Below the pieces are notes generated by a model, which did no database searches, was not told where the DNA came from, and saw only the letters and a list, made by a program, of their open reading frames with translations. Shown piece by piece: positions 38,501 to 48,128 of a stretch of 64,000 nt of DNA. Numbering within the stretch: the first letter of the stretch is position 1; each line of letters begins with the position of its first letter. Origin of the DNA: Spirochaetota bacterium (GTDB lineage Bacteria > Spirochaetota > UBA4802 > JAFGDQ01); the NCBI GenBank assembly GCA_043803405.1, contig JAZDKB010000019.1, positions 352,001 to 416,000 of the forward strand, in the 5' to 3' direction. Both the position numbers and the translations under genes were made by a program.

Positions 38501-40507
38501 TCTTCGGTTACCCTGGTAAAGGCGGAAGAAAAAGGGCTTAACGTTTTATTTGCAGTAGAGCCGGAAATACCGGGAAGGCTGATTGGCGATTCGATGCGGC
38601 TTGGACAGGTGCTCGTGAACCTTGTAGGCAATGCGATCAAGTTTACCGAAAGCGGGAGAGTTGTTCTACGTCTGGAAAAAACCGGCGATACAGGGCAGCA
38701 GGGGCATACGGACAATGCGGTTCCGGCCCCATGTGTTTCAATTAAATTTACAGTGAGCGACACAGGAATAGGCATGACGCCTGAGCAGCTAACCAGAATA
38801 TTTTCGCCTTTTATACAGGCGGATGAAACGACAACCCGCAAATACGGAGGCACCGGACTGGGGCTTTCAATCAGCAAGCAGCTTGTAGAAAAGATGGGCG
38901 GCACAATCAGCGTTGAGAGTGAGCCGGGTACAGGAAGCATTTTTTCTTTTACGCTTAATTTCGGGCTGGTGAATTATGATCCGAAGGATAAAACAATTCC
39001 CGAATTTGATTTGAAAACGCTTAAGGTGCTTGTTGTAGACGGAAACGAAAAAGACCGTGAACGGCTTTTGACAATACTGGGCAGGATGTCATGTAAAGCT
39101 AAAGGCGCTGCTTCGAACGAGGAGGCGCTGGCGGAACTTGAGAAAAAAGGGAGCAGCTACGACCTCGTTCTTATTGATTCCGGCATATCGGATACAGAGG
39201 GAATCGATCTGGCTGCTGCCATAAAAAAACATAAGAAACTGCGCAAAATTCCAAAGATAATTTTAGTCACCGCTTACAGCCGCGAGGATCTTACAAATCA
39301 GGCCGAAGAGCTGGAGCTGGAAGGATATCTCCTGAAGCCGGTAAATGAATCTCTTTTACTGGATGCGATTATGGATATTTTCGGCAGCATTAATCAAGAT
39401 ATGCAGGGAAGGGCATCTGGCAGTGAGGAAATGGAAGATATGAAAAGCCTGGCCGGGAGAAGGGTGCTTCTTGTTGAGGATAACGAAATAAACCGGCAGG
39501 TCGGGGAAGAAATACTGTCCGGATTCGGACTAACGGTTGAGCTCACTTGCAGCGGCCTGGAGGCAATAGAGCGAGCAGGCAATACCAACCTGCCTCTTGA
39601 CGCCATATTTATGGATATTCAAATGCCGGGTATGGACGGCTTTGAAACAACTAAAATAATCAGGACAAAACTTAAGAATTCCGACCTTCCAATAATTGCG
39701 ATAACCGCCTATGCAATGGAAACAGATAAACAGAAATGTCTGGAAGCAGGAATGAACGATTATATCTCAAAACCTATTGATCCCGATGAGGTGAGAGAAG
39801 TAATTTATAAATGGATTAAACCGGGGAAAGATGCGGAAGGTTTAAATGCTTCCACCGGGTCTCCGCACGGATCGGGTACCGGGATAGATTTACTCCGGCA
39901 GTTGCCTGGAGTGGATATGGATGCAGCTCTTAAGCGAATGTCCGGAAACCGGAAATTATTGCATAAACTTCTTGTCGAGTTTTACAGAAAATATACGAAT
40001 GTGACTGAGGAAATCCGCAGAGCAGTTGATGACGGAGATTTGGAATTTGTGCAGAGCATATCCCACAACATAAAGGGAATGTCCGGAAATCTTTCCATAG
40101 TGAAAGTATTTGAAGCTGCTACCGAACTGGAAAAAGTAATTCAAGAAAAAAATAACGATAACTTAAATTATTCGGTCGACAAACTGGAAACAGCTATTAA
40201 TGAGGCATCAGCCGCTTTAAAGGATTTATCCGAAAATTTCGATAAAAAGGATAATGCAGATAATGGATGCAGAGCGCAGAAGACCGAACCGGAAAACATA
40301 GCAATTATTATTGAGGAATTGTCCGCACTTCTTGGGAAGAACAGCCTTAGCGCAAGAAAAAAATTTGATATTTTAAAAGAGAATCTCGGTTGCATGAAAT
40401 ATGGCGGCATACTCGAAGAACTGGAAGAAAGCATTGATCACATGGATTTTAAGAGCGCAAAGAACCATCTTTCAGCGCTTGCCTCGGTTTTGACTAAACA
40501 GTCGTGA
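35531..40507 (+). CDS. Unorthodox hybrid histidine kinase (degenerate PocR-like + about 6 PAS + HisKA + HATPase + 2 REC + Hpt)
   Basis: FLANVSHEIRTPMN, NAIKFT, YGGTGLGL, receiver MDIQMPGMDG, Hpt SHNIKGMSGNL. Confidence 0.93.
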   Translation: MYFTLKEILNVSRFREMFDNLTKVIPFSIQITDNENDVLFNSSSDNAIQESHAAEVPIIVRNICYGKIIIRESEQHKSDSAFENSIAFIKNFIEAAGDVRLTFLDELHKKKLLARAQRLAHFGSWEYDYFQNKMTWSKEIYRILGVEIGEVVPSRAVFLKMAHPADLPMLQEAIRKSEGKDGTWELEYRIVRQTDGHVRYLQESWGHIKNINGELVHSYGVIHDITRRKSAVAASVESEEQFRAIYENSSDGIMLGLPDGSIVSANTAACRMFGCTEEELCRGGRKFIVDDSAPGFVNSLEVLRETGELQKESFHKRKDGTIFPTEISIKVLSDRSGSRIYSIVIRDISERRKSEEEVRKLNAELEERVRSRTAELMLANKALYHSQQMFKLVLDTIPERVFWKDRDGRFLGCNKSFARDNILSKPEDIIGKSGRDLFFKDELEFLGRNDIELMELDKSRLNYSEYLKRSDGKSFWLKLSKLPLRDRSGKVIGILGMYQDITNERQTQEELLKSELTLRSIVAACPEGICLMRPDRVLQWMNESMAVITGYTFNEFKNRDTRFLYKSDEEFKNTGDALYKNLSSGNNCETETALIRKDGREIYVHISASAMNPCDLSLGIVLIVMDITEQKQYEEALKSSEERLRCLIESVTDYIYTVMIKDGVPVYTYHGPGCLTVTGYTSEEYESSPHLWYSMIYEEDREAVAKHFAAVISREETSFIEHRIIHKDGSIRWVRNKPVLLRDTVGILVAYDGLVSDITERKEVEEELRRSKEFFRTLIEKSEEVFTLIDANNKHIYVSPSVTKVLGYSVDEYLATYWRNIVNSDDIKNTENVFARFIETPGHLQKFIARFLHRNGSWRWMEVTARNLLYDPNVHALVVNFHDITERIQSEEVLRQAKEAAESAAKAKSIFLANVSHEIRTPMNAIIGLSRIVLKNIRSEKQRDYMNKIILSAHSLMGIINDILDLSKIEADKLKISNVVFSVDKLLKSVSSVTLVKAEEKGLNVLFAVEPEIPGRLIGDSMRLGQVLVNLVGNAIKFTESGRVVLRLEKTGDTGQQGHTDNAVPAPCVSIKFTVSDTGIGMTPEQLTRIFSPFIQADETTTRKYGGTGLGLSISKQLVEKMGGTISVESEPGTGSIFSFTLNFGLVNYDPKDKTIPEFDLKTLKVLVVDGNEKDRERLLTILGRMSCKAKGAASNEEALAELEKKGSSYDLVLIDSGISDTEGIDLAAAIKKHKKLRKIPKIILVTAYSREDLTNQAEELELEGYLLKPVNESLLLDAIMDIFGSINQDMQGRASGSEEMEDMKSLAGRRVLLVEDNEINRQVGEEILSGFGLTVELTCSGLEAIERAGNTNLPLDAIFMDIQMPGMDGFETTKIIRTKLKNSDLPIIAITAYAMETDKQKCLEAGMNDYISKPIDPDEVREVIYKWIKPGKDAEGLNASTGSPHGSGTGIDLLRQLPGVDMDAALKRMSGNRKLLHKLLVEFYRKYTNVTEEIRRAVDDGDLEFVQSISHNIKGMSGNLSIVKVFEAATELEKVIQEKNNDNLNYSVDKLETAINEASAALKDLSENFDKKDNADNGCRAQKTEPENIAIIIEELSALLGKNSLSARKKFDILKENLGCMKYGGILEELEESIDHMDFKSAKNHLSALASVLTKQS

Positions 40508-40520
40508 CAGGGAAATATTA

Positions 40521-41447
40521 ATGGAAAACATAAGGCAAATTATTTTAATTGTTGATGATGAACCTGGAAATATAGAGATAATAAGCGAGCTCCTGAACGC
40601 GGATTATGAGATTTTATTTGCTACGACCGGCAAAGAAGCGCTTGATATCGCTCATGAGCAGGATCCGGATCTGGTTTTGCTGGACATTCAGATGCCGGAT
40701 ATAGACGGATATGAAGTATGTGCGCGCCTCAAGTCGAATTCAAAGACCAGGGATATACCGGTTATTTTTATTACCGCAAAAGACCACGAGGAAGACGAGG
40801 CCCGCGGACTGGAAGCAGGAGCGCTTGATTATATAACAAAGCCCATAAGCCCTGCAATTCTAAGGGCAAGAGTGCATAATCATATTGAACTGAAGCGCTA
40901 TCACGATATTTTAAAAAATCTTTCCATGACCGACGGCTTAACCGGGATTGCCAACCGCAGGAGACTGGATCAGCATCTGGAATTTGAGTGGCGCCGCGGG
41001 ATAAGGAACAAGACACCGCTATCGTTTATTCTTATGGATATAGATTACTTTAAATTATATAACGACCATTACGGACACCTTATAGGAGATGATTGTCTCA
41101 GGCAGCTCGCGCAGGCGCTTTCAGAAGTAGTTCAGCGGTCGGGGGACCTTGTTGCACGCTATGGCGGCGAAGAATTTGCGTGCGTGCTGTCGGACACCAA
41201 CAACAGCGGCGCCACGCTTGTCGGGAACCAGATCATTAAAAAGATCAACAGTCTTAACATAACATTTGAATATTCAGAGGTGGCAGACCGCGTAACGGTA
41301 AGCGTGGGTATCGCGACTATGATCCCGTCCGATAAGCACAAGCCGATTAATCTTATTCAGCGCGCTGATGAACTTTTATACAAGGCAAAACGCGACGGAA
41401 GAAACCAGATCAGAAGCTCAGGAGAAGAAGAGAAGAAGCAAAATTAA
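40521..41447 (+). CDS. REC-GGDEF diguanylate cyclase
   Basis: Receiver LLDIQMP; DIDYFK; I-site RSGD; active site RYGGEEF. Confidence 0.95.
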   Translation: MENIRQIILIVDDEPGNIEIISELLNADYEILFATTGKEALDIAHEQDPDLVLLDIQMPDIDGYEVCARLKSNSKTRDIPVIFITAKDHEEDEARGLEAGALDYITKPISPAILRARVHNHIELKRYHDILKNLSMTDGLTGIANRRRLDQHLEFEWRRGIRNKTPLSFILMDIDYFKLYNDHYGHLIGDDCLRQLAQALSEVVQRSGDLVARYGGEEFACVLSDTNNSGATLVGNQIIKKINSLNITFEYSEVADRVTVSVGIATMIPSDKHKPINLIQRADELLYKAKRDGRNQIRSSGEEEKKQN

Positions 41448-41498
41448 TTTTAATCCTGCACTGCCGGTTCACTTCCGTACGGGCTTGCCGGTAAAATA

Positions 41499-42560
41499 TT
41501 ATTTTACGATATTGTTTGCTACATCATCCCCGACTTCGGTTGTGGACATGCCCATCTTGCCTGCCCCCATGTCTTTCATCTTTAAGATGCTTTTCTTCAT
41601 CGCTTCTTCGACTTTATCCGCGGCTTTTTTCTCCCCGAGAATATCGAGCATCATTTGTACTGCGCCTATGGCAGCCATCGGGTTTATTATATTCTGTCCT
41701 GTGTATTTTGGCGCGCTTCCGCCGATAGGCTCGAACATTGATACGCCTTCGGGATTTATGTTGCCGCCGGATGCTATTCCCATGCCTCCCTGGGTAATTG
41801 CTCCGAGGTCGGTTATAATATCTCCAAACAGATTTTCGGTAACAATGACATCAAACCACTCAGGATTCTTTACCATCCACATACAGGTTGCATCAACATG
41901 GTAGTATTCGCGTTTAATGCCGGGATAATGTTTATCTCCCATTTCATGAAATGCCCTTTCCCAAAGGCCCCATACGTAGGTTAATACGTTTGTCTTTCCT
42001 GAAAGAGCGAGTGTATTTTTTTTATTTCTTTTCTTTGTATATTCGAAGGCCCACTTAAGGCAGCGGTCAACCTGAAACCTGTTGTATATCATGGACTGCT
42101 CTGCTACTTCGTGAGGTGTCCCTTCCATTGCAACGCCGCCGATCCCGGTATATGCACCGCCGGTGTTTTCCCGGACTACAACATAATCAATTTCTTTTGG
42201 CCCTTTATCCTTTAACGGACTCTGCACATTTTCATAGAGTTTCACAGGACGCAAATTTATGTACTGGTCAAGTTCAAATCGCAGTTTCAGCAGAATGCCT
42301 TTCTCGAGAATCCCGGCCTTTACATCCGGGTGCCCTATTGCTCCCAGAAGAATCGCATCAAATTTCCTCAGATCGTTTACTGCGGAAGCAGGCAGCACCT
42401 CGCCTGTACGCAAATATCTGTCGCCCCCGAAATCGTAATCCGTAAGCTCGACTTTAAATTTTTCGTAACCGGCAATTGCCTTTAGCGCTTTAACACCTTC
42501 GCGCACAACTTCCGGGCCTGTCCCGTCCCCGCCTATAACTGCTATCTTATACGTTTTCAT
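41499..42560 (-). CDS. leuB: 3-isopropylmalate dehydrogenase
   Basis: GDGTGPEV, LRFELDQYINLRP, VRENT, NLFGDIITDL, MFEPIGGSAP; ATG at 42560 with AAGGA RBS. Confidence 0.87.
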   Translation of the reverse strand: MKTYKIAVIGGDGTGPEVVREGVKALKAIAGYEKFKVELTDYDFGGDRYLRTGEVLPASAVNDLRKFDAILLGAIGHPDVKAGILEKGILLKLRFELDQYINLRPVKLYENVQSPLKDKGPKEIDYVVVRENTGGAYTGIGGVAMEGTPHEVAEQSMIYNRFQVDRCLKWAFEYTKKRNKKNTLALSGKTNVLTYVWGLWERAFHEMGDKHYPGIKREYYHVDATCMWMVKNPEWFDVIVTENLFGDIITDLGAITQGGMGIASGGNINPEGVSMFEPIGGSAPKYTGQNIINPMAAIGAVQMMLDILGEKKAADKVEEAMKKSILKMKDMGAGKMGMSTTEVGDDVANNIVK

Positions 42561-42641
42561 GTAATATTCCTTTTGTCTAATAATGTTTTGTACAGAGAAG
42601 AATAGGAAATTAGAAAGGTATTTTAAAAGCAAGTAAAATTA

Positions 42642-44042
42642 TTATTCTATTTTGATTATCTTCAGCATATTTGTGTTCCCTGCGATACCGGCCGGAACGC
42701 CTGCAGTTATTATAAACGTGTCGTCTTTTTCCGCCATGCCTTTTCCCATAAGCAATTCTTTGGCGCTGTCTATCATTTCGTCAGTGTTGGAGTAAAACTC
42801 CGACTTTAAAGGTATAATACCGAATACAATGCTGAGCTGCCTGGCGACATCCTCGTTTTGTGTAATACCGATAATCGGGATTTCCGGCCTGAACTTTGCA
42901 GCCCGCAGCGCTGTTGATCCGGACGATGTGAAACAGAGAATGGCTCTTGCCTTTAATGAATATGCGGCATCTATTGCAGCAAAACTTATTGCTTCGCTTG
43001 AGTCCTCTTTGTCTACCAGCACAGTATCCTTATGTTTTTTATAATCTATGCTTTTTTCCGCGTTATCCACGGTTTCGCACAGATATTTGATTGCTTCAAC
43101 CGGGTATTTCCCGGCCGCCGATTCTCCCGTAAGCATAAGCGCATCGACTTTTTCGTAAATCGCGTTTGCTATGTCGCTTACTTCCGCCCTGGTCGGCCTC
43201 GGATTATTCATCATGGAATCCAGAAGCTGTGTGGCAATGATTACAGGTTTGCCTTTTTTCTGAGCCGCGCTAACAATTATTTTCTGAGCAGTGGGCACTT
43301 CTGTGATCGGCATTTCGACTCCAAGGTCCCCGCGCGCAACCAGGATAATATCCGATGCTTCTATTATGCCTTCTATATTAGAAAGAGCCTGCGGGTGCTC
43401 AATCTTTGCAGTAAGCTTTATATTTTCCGGCAGAAGTCCTCTTATTGCGTAAATTTCTTTTTCGCTTTTGATCATGGACGCTGCAATGAAATCCACATTC
43501 TGTGATATCGCATATTCAATATCTTTTTTATCCGTCTGGGTCAGGATAGGGAAGGGGACGTCCATGCCGATAAAATGCGTCCCTTTCCTGTCCCTGAGCA
43601 CTCCGTCTTTTAGCGGAGTTAATATAAGCGACTTGTCTCTGACTTCGTTAATTATAAGATCAATGTTGCCGTCATCTATCATAATATGATTATTTTTTTT
43701 TGATATTTGCGATGTTTTATTATAGTTAACCGAAAAATTATTATCGGTGACAGCATCCTCGTTAAAGACAAGTTCAATATCATTATTCTGTTTTAAAATA
43801 ATACCACTTGTGTTTTTAACAATGGTCCTTATCTCTGCGCCTTTAAGGTCAGCCATTATTGGCATATTGCTTTTAACTAACCTTATTGTTTTTATCAGCT
43901 CAGTATACTCGTCATAAGTCCCGTGCGAAAAGTTAAGCCTGAAAATATCCACGCCTAAATCAATGAACGATTTTATTATTTCTTTGGATGAGGACGAAGG
44001 TCCCAGTGTAGCAATGATTTTTGTTTTTCTAATCTTTTGCAT
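42642..44042 (-). CDS. pyk: Pyruvate kinase
   Basis: RKTKIIATLGP, RLNFSHG, ARGDLGVE, ATQLLDSM, PTRAEVSD. Confidence 0.96.
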   Translation of the reverse strand: MQKIRKTKIIATLGPSSSSKEIIKSFIDLGVDIFRLNFSHGTYDEYTELIKTIRLVKSNMPIMADLKGAEIRTIVKNTSGIILKQNNDIELVFNEDAVTDNNFSVNYNKTSQISKKNNHIMIDDGNIDLIINEVRDKSLILTPLKDGVLRDRKGTHFIGMDVPFPILTQTDKKDIEYAISQNVDFIAASMIKSEKEIYAIRGLLPENIKLTAKIEHPQALSNIEGIIEASDIILVARGDLGVEMPITEVPTAQKIIVSAAQKKGKPVIIATQLLDSMMNNPRPTRAEVSDIANAIYEKVDALMLTGESAAGKYPVEAIKYLCETVDNAEKSIDYKKHKDTVLVDKEDSSEAISFAAIDAAYSLKARAILCFTSSGSTALRAAKFRPEIPIIGITQNEDVARQLSIVFGIIPLKSEFYSNTDEMIDSAKELLMGKGMAEKDDTFIITAGVPAGIAGNTNMLKIIKIE

Positions 44043-44334
44043 TTATATCTCCGCGTTATTTTATTTATTGTCAGATCAACAGATATTCTTTTTAAAGGCT
44101 TATTATAAATTGAGAATTGATATTCCGGATTTTATAATAAGTCCGCATTTTAATATAGTATAGATATTAAAGCATAAAGTCATTAATAAAAATAAAAATT
44201 TTAAGCTGTTGCTGCTTAAAACAAGGTCTGGGATGAATTTGACAAATGGCTGGCGAATAAAATTTTTATCGGTTTTTAAAGGCAAATGTATCCTTACATG
44301 ATATTTCTATCAATTTAAAAATAATTTCGCAAAA

Positions 44335-44658
44335 TTATTTTTCCCTGAAAAACTGAGTACACAGTTCGGATGAGCCGGGAATATAACTGCGGCATACCAT
44401 CGGGCGCGTTTCGTAAATTTCGCAGGAAAAAGATGTGCCGTCCCAACTCAGATAAATACAGCTCATTTGTATTTTTCCGAAGTTGTTAATGATCCGGTCA
44501 CCAGCCCAGATTATGTCGTTATCGCGTATCCGGGCGATAATATCCTGGCGTCCTTCTTCTTCCCATCTTTGGAAATCCTCAGCGGAAACATAAGCGACCA
44601 TGTCAACGTGGCAGCATGTGCCGCACCGACGGCAGATTATGTCTTTATTGTTCTTCAC
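44335..44658 (-). CDS. YkgJ/FliB-family CxxCxxCC cysteine-cluster protein
   Basis: CRRCGTCC ... CIYL ... CEIYETRPMVCR. Confidence 0.85.
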   Translation of the reverse strand: MKNNKDIICRRCGTCCHVDMVAYVSAEDFQRWEEEGRQDIIARIRDNDIIWAGDRIINNFGKIQMSCIYLSWDGTSFSCEIYETRPMVCRSYIPGSSELCTQFFREK

Positions 44659-44952
44659 CTTTCGTTAGATAATATTTGTGAAGCTATTATCTTTATTGTG
44701 ACAATCTTAAAAGAAGAGTTTTTAAAAACAAGTTAAATTACCATATTTTTCTTAAATAATTTTTTTAAAAAAAATGGAGAAATTAGGTTGACTTCTGGAG
44801 ACTCCCGATTTTCGATAGTACTATCATTGGCTCAAACATTCAAAGAATACGTAAAGCTAAATTTAAAAACTTATAAAATACCTTTAATTCTTTGTAAGCA
44901 GTGATTATTTAAAATAATTATACTAATATTAATACAAGAGGGGAGTAATATT

Positions 44953-45192
44953 ATGGAAGAGATTAGCAAAATTAATATTAAAGAATTCAAGAAAAACCCG
45001 GATGGCTCATGGGTTTCTATTGATAATATAGATATAAATACCAGATCTAATAAGGTTATAAGAATAGCACCGGGTAACATTTTTAAACAAGGTGTATTGC
45101 GCTGGGGGATGGACATTGCAAAGACACTGGACGAAATAAGTTCAAATCCGGCTCTATTTGAGAGTGCTAACGCAAAAAAACCAAAATCCTAA
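44953..45192 (+). CDS. Hypothetical protein
   Basis: GAGGGGAG RBS, plausible composition; no family recognised. Confidence 0.6.
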   Translation: MEEISKINIKEFKKNPDGSWVSIDNIDINTRSNKVIRIAPGNIFKQGVLRWGMDIAKTLDEISSNPALFESANAKKPKS

Positions 45193-45274
45193 ACACTTTA
45201 AATTCCTGAATTCCGGAAGATGATTGTTTAAATTATTGTCGTCCGGTTATAGTCGCTATTATTTTTATTAAGCC

Positions 45275-45308
45275 GTTTATACACGCTCCTTTTGGAGTGT
45301 GTATAAAC
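45275..45308. terminator. Probable bidirectional terminator hairpin
   Basis: gtttatacacgctcc-tttt-ggagtgtgtataaac between convergent small genes. Confidence 0.65.
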
Positions 45309-45321
45309 TAAACACCTCATT

Positions 45322-45561
45322 TTATTTTATAAGTGAACTCATATCTCCATTATCAACAGTACATGTGTCGAAATACCCTTCGATTTCTTCAGGTTCCCAT
45401 TGATAGCACGTGTAGCCGCAGGCCTTAAAAACGATGGTTTCCAGTTTGCCGTCTTTCATGCAGTATAGAGGCTCATCAGGGTATTGGACAATAAAAGTTT
45501 TGCCATTGACTTTGAGTGTCCGATCCACAATTTCCAATTTATCTGTATTTTTTAATTTCAT
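45322..45561 (-). CDS. Hypothetical protein
   Basis: GGAG RBS, 79 aa with several Cys; no family recognised. Confidence 0.6.
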   Translation of the reverse strand: MKLKNTDKLEIVDRTLKVNGKTFIVQYPDEPLYCMKDGKLETIVFKACGYTCYQWEPEEIEGYFDTCTVDNGDMSSLIK

Positions 45562-45905
45562 ATTAAATCTCCGAGAAAACTAACAATATTCTGCAGTTTT
45601 TAGTAATTCACTTAACGTTCAACTTCTTTTTTAAAATATTATTAATTTTTTTCGACTAATTGTGTTATTGGATAATTTGCATGAGCTAATCCAGGCTCAT
45701 TATTAGTTGAAGGAGTAATAATTTTTTTATATCATCATTGAATTAGCACTCCAATCAATCAAGTTACCCTAATAATATCCGTTATAAATAATTCATGTAT
45801 TGTATGAATTGACATATTAAAATAATTTTAATATATTTTTGATTTATAGATTTCACACACATTATTAATAATTTTTTAGTAAATCTGAACTTAAGGAGAA
45901 TAATA

Positions 45906-46460
45906 ATGAAACTTAAAATATTATCTAAACCGGTTCTTGTTATATTAATTAACTTTTTGATCATTTTTAATGCCTGCGGTCAACAACCGGATTCTAAAGC
46001 ATATCCTGTTGAAATAAAAATTTATTCAGCAGAAAAAGGAGCATATAAAATGAGTAAAACGGTAATTAAAACAGAAGGAGAATGGAGAAAAATTCTTACG
46101 AAAGAACAATTCAGGATTCTGCGGCAAAAAGGAACTGAAAAGGCATACGACAATGAATACTGGAATAATCATGAGCGTGGAATATATATATGCGCAGGCT
46201 GCAGTCTGGATCTCTTTAAGTCTGAAGATAAATACGAATCCAATACCGGGTGGCCCAGCTTTACTGCGCCGATAGCAATGGAAAATATCAGGACTCAGTC
46301 CGACAACAGTTTGTTCATGCAGAGAACCGAGGTAGTATGCGCGAGATGCGGGGGGCATCTTGGACATGTTTTTAATGACGGTCCAAAGCCCACAGGATTG
46401 CGTTACTGTATGAATTCAGGGGCAATGAAATTTGAACCCGTTAAAAACAAACCGGAGTAA
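45906..46460 (+). CDS. msrB: Methionine-R-sulfoxide reductase MsrB with lipoprotein-type signal
   Basis: GTE, CAGC/CARC zinc pairs, GWPSF, HLGHVF, RYCMNS; N-terminal ...IIFNAC. Confidence 0.95.
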   Translation: MKLKILSKPVLVILINFLIIFNACGQQPDSKAYPVEIKIYSAEKGAYKMSKTVIKTEGEWRKILTKEQFRILRQKGTEKAYDNEYWNNHERGIYICAGCSLDLFKSEDKYESNTGWPSFTAPIAMENIRTQSDNSLFMQRTEVVCARCGGHLGHVFNDGPKPTGLRYCMNSGAMKFEPVKNKPE

Positions 46461-46465
46461 ACTTT

Positions 46466-47083
46466 ATGAATAAAATAATAATATTTATGCTGTGTTTCTT
46501 TACTGTATCCGCAGTTGCTTTGCTTGCCGCAAATAACATCAAACCAGTTAAAACTGAGAAGGCAATTTTAGCAGGAGGATGTTTCTGGTGCATGGAGTCG
46601 CCTTTCGATAAGCTTCCGGGCGTAATTTCCGTTACGGCAGGTTATACGGGCGGCAGCATAAAAGATCCGACATACGAACAGGTATCTGCAGGAGGCACCG
46701 GGCATGCGGAATCAGTAGAGATAATATTTGATCCCGCAAAGATATCTTTTAAAAAAATACTGGATGTTTTCTGGCATAATATTGATCCCAGTGTCAAAGA
46801 CCGGCAATTTTGCGATACCGGGCATCAATACAGGTCTGCAATTTTTTATTCAAACGAAACCCAGCATAAAATAGCGGAAGAATCGCTGGAGGACATGAAA
46901 AAAAATAAACCTTTTCCCGGAGAAGTATTTACTGAAATAGTGCCTGCCGGTGAATTTTATCCTGCTGAAGAATATCACCAGCAATATTACAAAAAAAATC
47001 CTATACGTTATAAATTTTACCGTTCAAATTGCGGCCGCGATAAACGTCTTAAGGAACTTTGGGGTAATAAGGCCGGACACTAA
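46466..47083 (+). CDS. msrA: Methionine-S-sulfoxide reductase MsrA with signal peptide
   Basis: AGGCFWC, PTYEQV, GHAE, FYPAEEYHQQY. Confidence 0.95.
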   Translation: MNKIIIFMLCFFTVSAVALLAANNIKPVKTEKAILAGGCFWCMESPFDKLPGVISVTAGYTGGSIKDPTYEQVSAGGTGHAESVEIIFDPAKISFKKILDVFWHNIDPSVKDRQFCDTGHQYRSAIFYSNETQHKIAEESLEDMKKNKPFPGEVFTEIVPAGEFYPAEEYHQQYYKKNPIRYKFYRSNCGRDKRLKELWGNKAGH

Positions 47084-47133
47084 ATAAATCCAAAAATTAA
47101 TAGTAAAGAGGTTGGGAAATACAGTGGAGTGCA

Positions 47134-47333
47134 GCTTCGGCCCCCTAACCCCCGAAGGGGGCATAAAAATTTTTTATTGAATAAATTTTCATTTTCACAA
47201 TGGATTAGCACATAATCTATATTTAATATCAAAAGATATTGTTTCCCCTTCCAAGCCGGTGCCCCCTTTGGGGGATAGGGGGTTAAATGCAAAAGCCTTA
47301 ACTTAATGACATTGGGGGTTAGGGGGCCGAAGC
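47134..47333. repeat. GC-run palindromic element with 20-bp perfect terminal inverted repeats
   Basis: gcttcggccccctaaccccc (47134-47153) and gggggttagggggccgaagc (47314-47333); internal ccccc-cgaa/tttg-ggggg hairpins. Confidence 0.75.
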
Positions 47334-47459
47334 AGCAAAGATGAACTTTTTCACTTATCTTAGTTTAACTTTAATCTTTATTAAAAAAATATGGGTAGAA
47401 GTCAGCTGGCAGCAAAGCTGCATGGAATCAGACTTCAAGAGATTAAAAGGAGTAATCTT

Positions 47460-47675
47460 ATGGAAGACTTAAGAAAGAAAATCGAAATCAAAGCCTATGA
47501 AAATTTTTTAAAAAGAGGAATGCTTCATGGAAAAGATGTAGAAGACTGGCTGGAAGCTGAAAAAGAAGTAGCCGGAAACAGCCGGACCATACGGACCATA
47601 ATGAGTTCGAAAATTTCAGAGAAAATATTTTCAAAAAATAAAAAGAATAGAAATGGATATAACTTTTCTATATGA
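47460..47675 (+). CDS. DUF2934-domain small protein
   Basis: IEIKAYENFLKRG..HGKDVEDWLEAEKE; AGGAG RBS before ATG 47460. Confidence 0.8.
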   Translation: MEDLRKKIEIKAYENFLKRGMLHGKDVEDWLEAEKEVAGNSRTIRTIMSSKISEKIFSKNKKNRNGYNFSI

Positions 47676-47684
47676 TTGCATAAA

Positions 47685-48128
47685 TTATGGTTCACTAAAA
47701 GATATCTTTATTTTTTCCATCCTTTTCCTGTTTACACCCATATCCCCGTATCCGAGCCTGGATGCAGACCGCATATGGATGAGCCCTGCTTTGCCATCAA
47801 TATAAAATTCAACGTCATCAACGAACCGGAAAATTGCAGATGTAAATTCCGCGTATAAATAATCATCCTTTTCGGAAATTATCCTGGTTCTTTTCATCGC
47901 CAGAATAACTGATTTTAATTTCTGCATTGCTGCACTCTTATCTCCGGCAAAACGAATGGGTTCAATATAATGTTTACTGTCGCCTGCCTGGCTCGAGACG
48001 CAATTCGGCGACTCAGGACAAGATGACAGCATCCCTCCCATGACTCCGATATTCTGAGGCCTTGTACCGGAGCAGCGGAATAGAACTGAAATGAAGACTA
48101 TTATAGAAATAATAAAATAGCTTTTCAT
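47685..48128 (-). CDS. DUF1499-family putative lipoprotein
   Basis: CPESPNCVSSQ, FVDDVEF, RSASRLGYGDMGVNRKR. Confidence 0.9.
   Translation of the reverse strand: MKSYFIISIIVFISVLFRCSGTRPQNIGVMGGMLSSCPESPNCVSSQAGDSKHYIEPIRFAGDKSAAMQKLKSVILAMKRTRIISEKDDYLYAEFTSAIFRFVDDVEFYIDGKAGLIHMRSASRLGYGDMGVNRKRMEKIKISFSEP

Noticed and set aside
45743..45769. Possible CIRCE element (TTAGCACTC) upstream of msrB
   Set aside because: The left arm is perfect but the right arm after 9 nt (aagttaccc) matches only 3 of 9; no CIRCE is seen upstream of the hsp20 genes either
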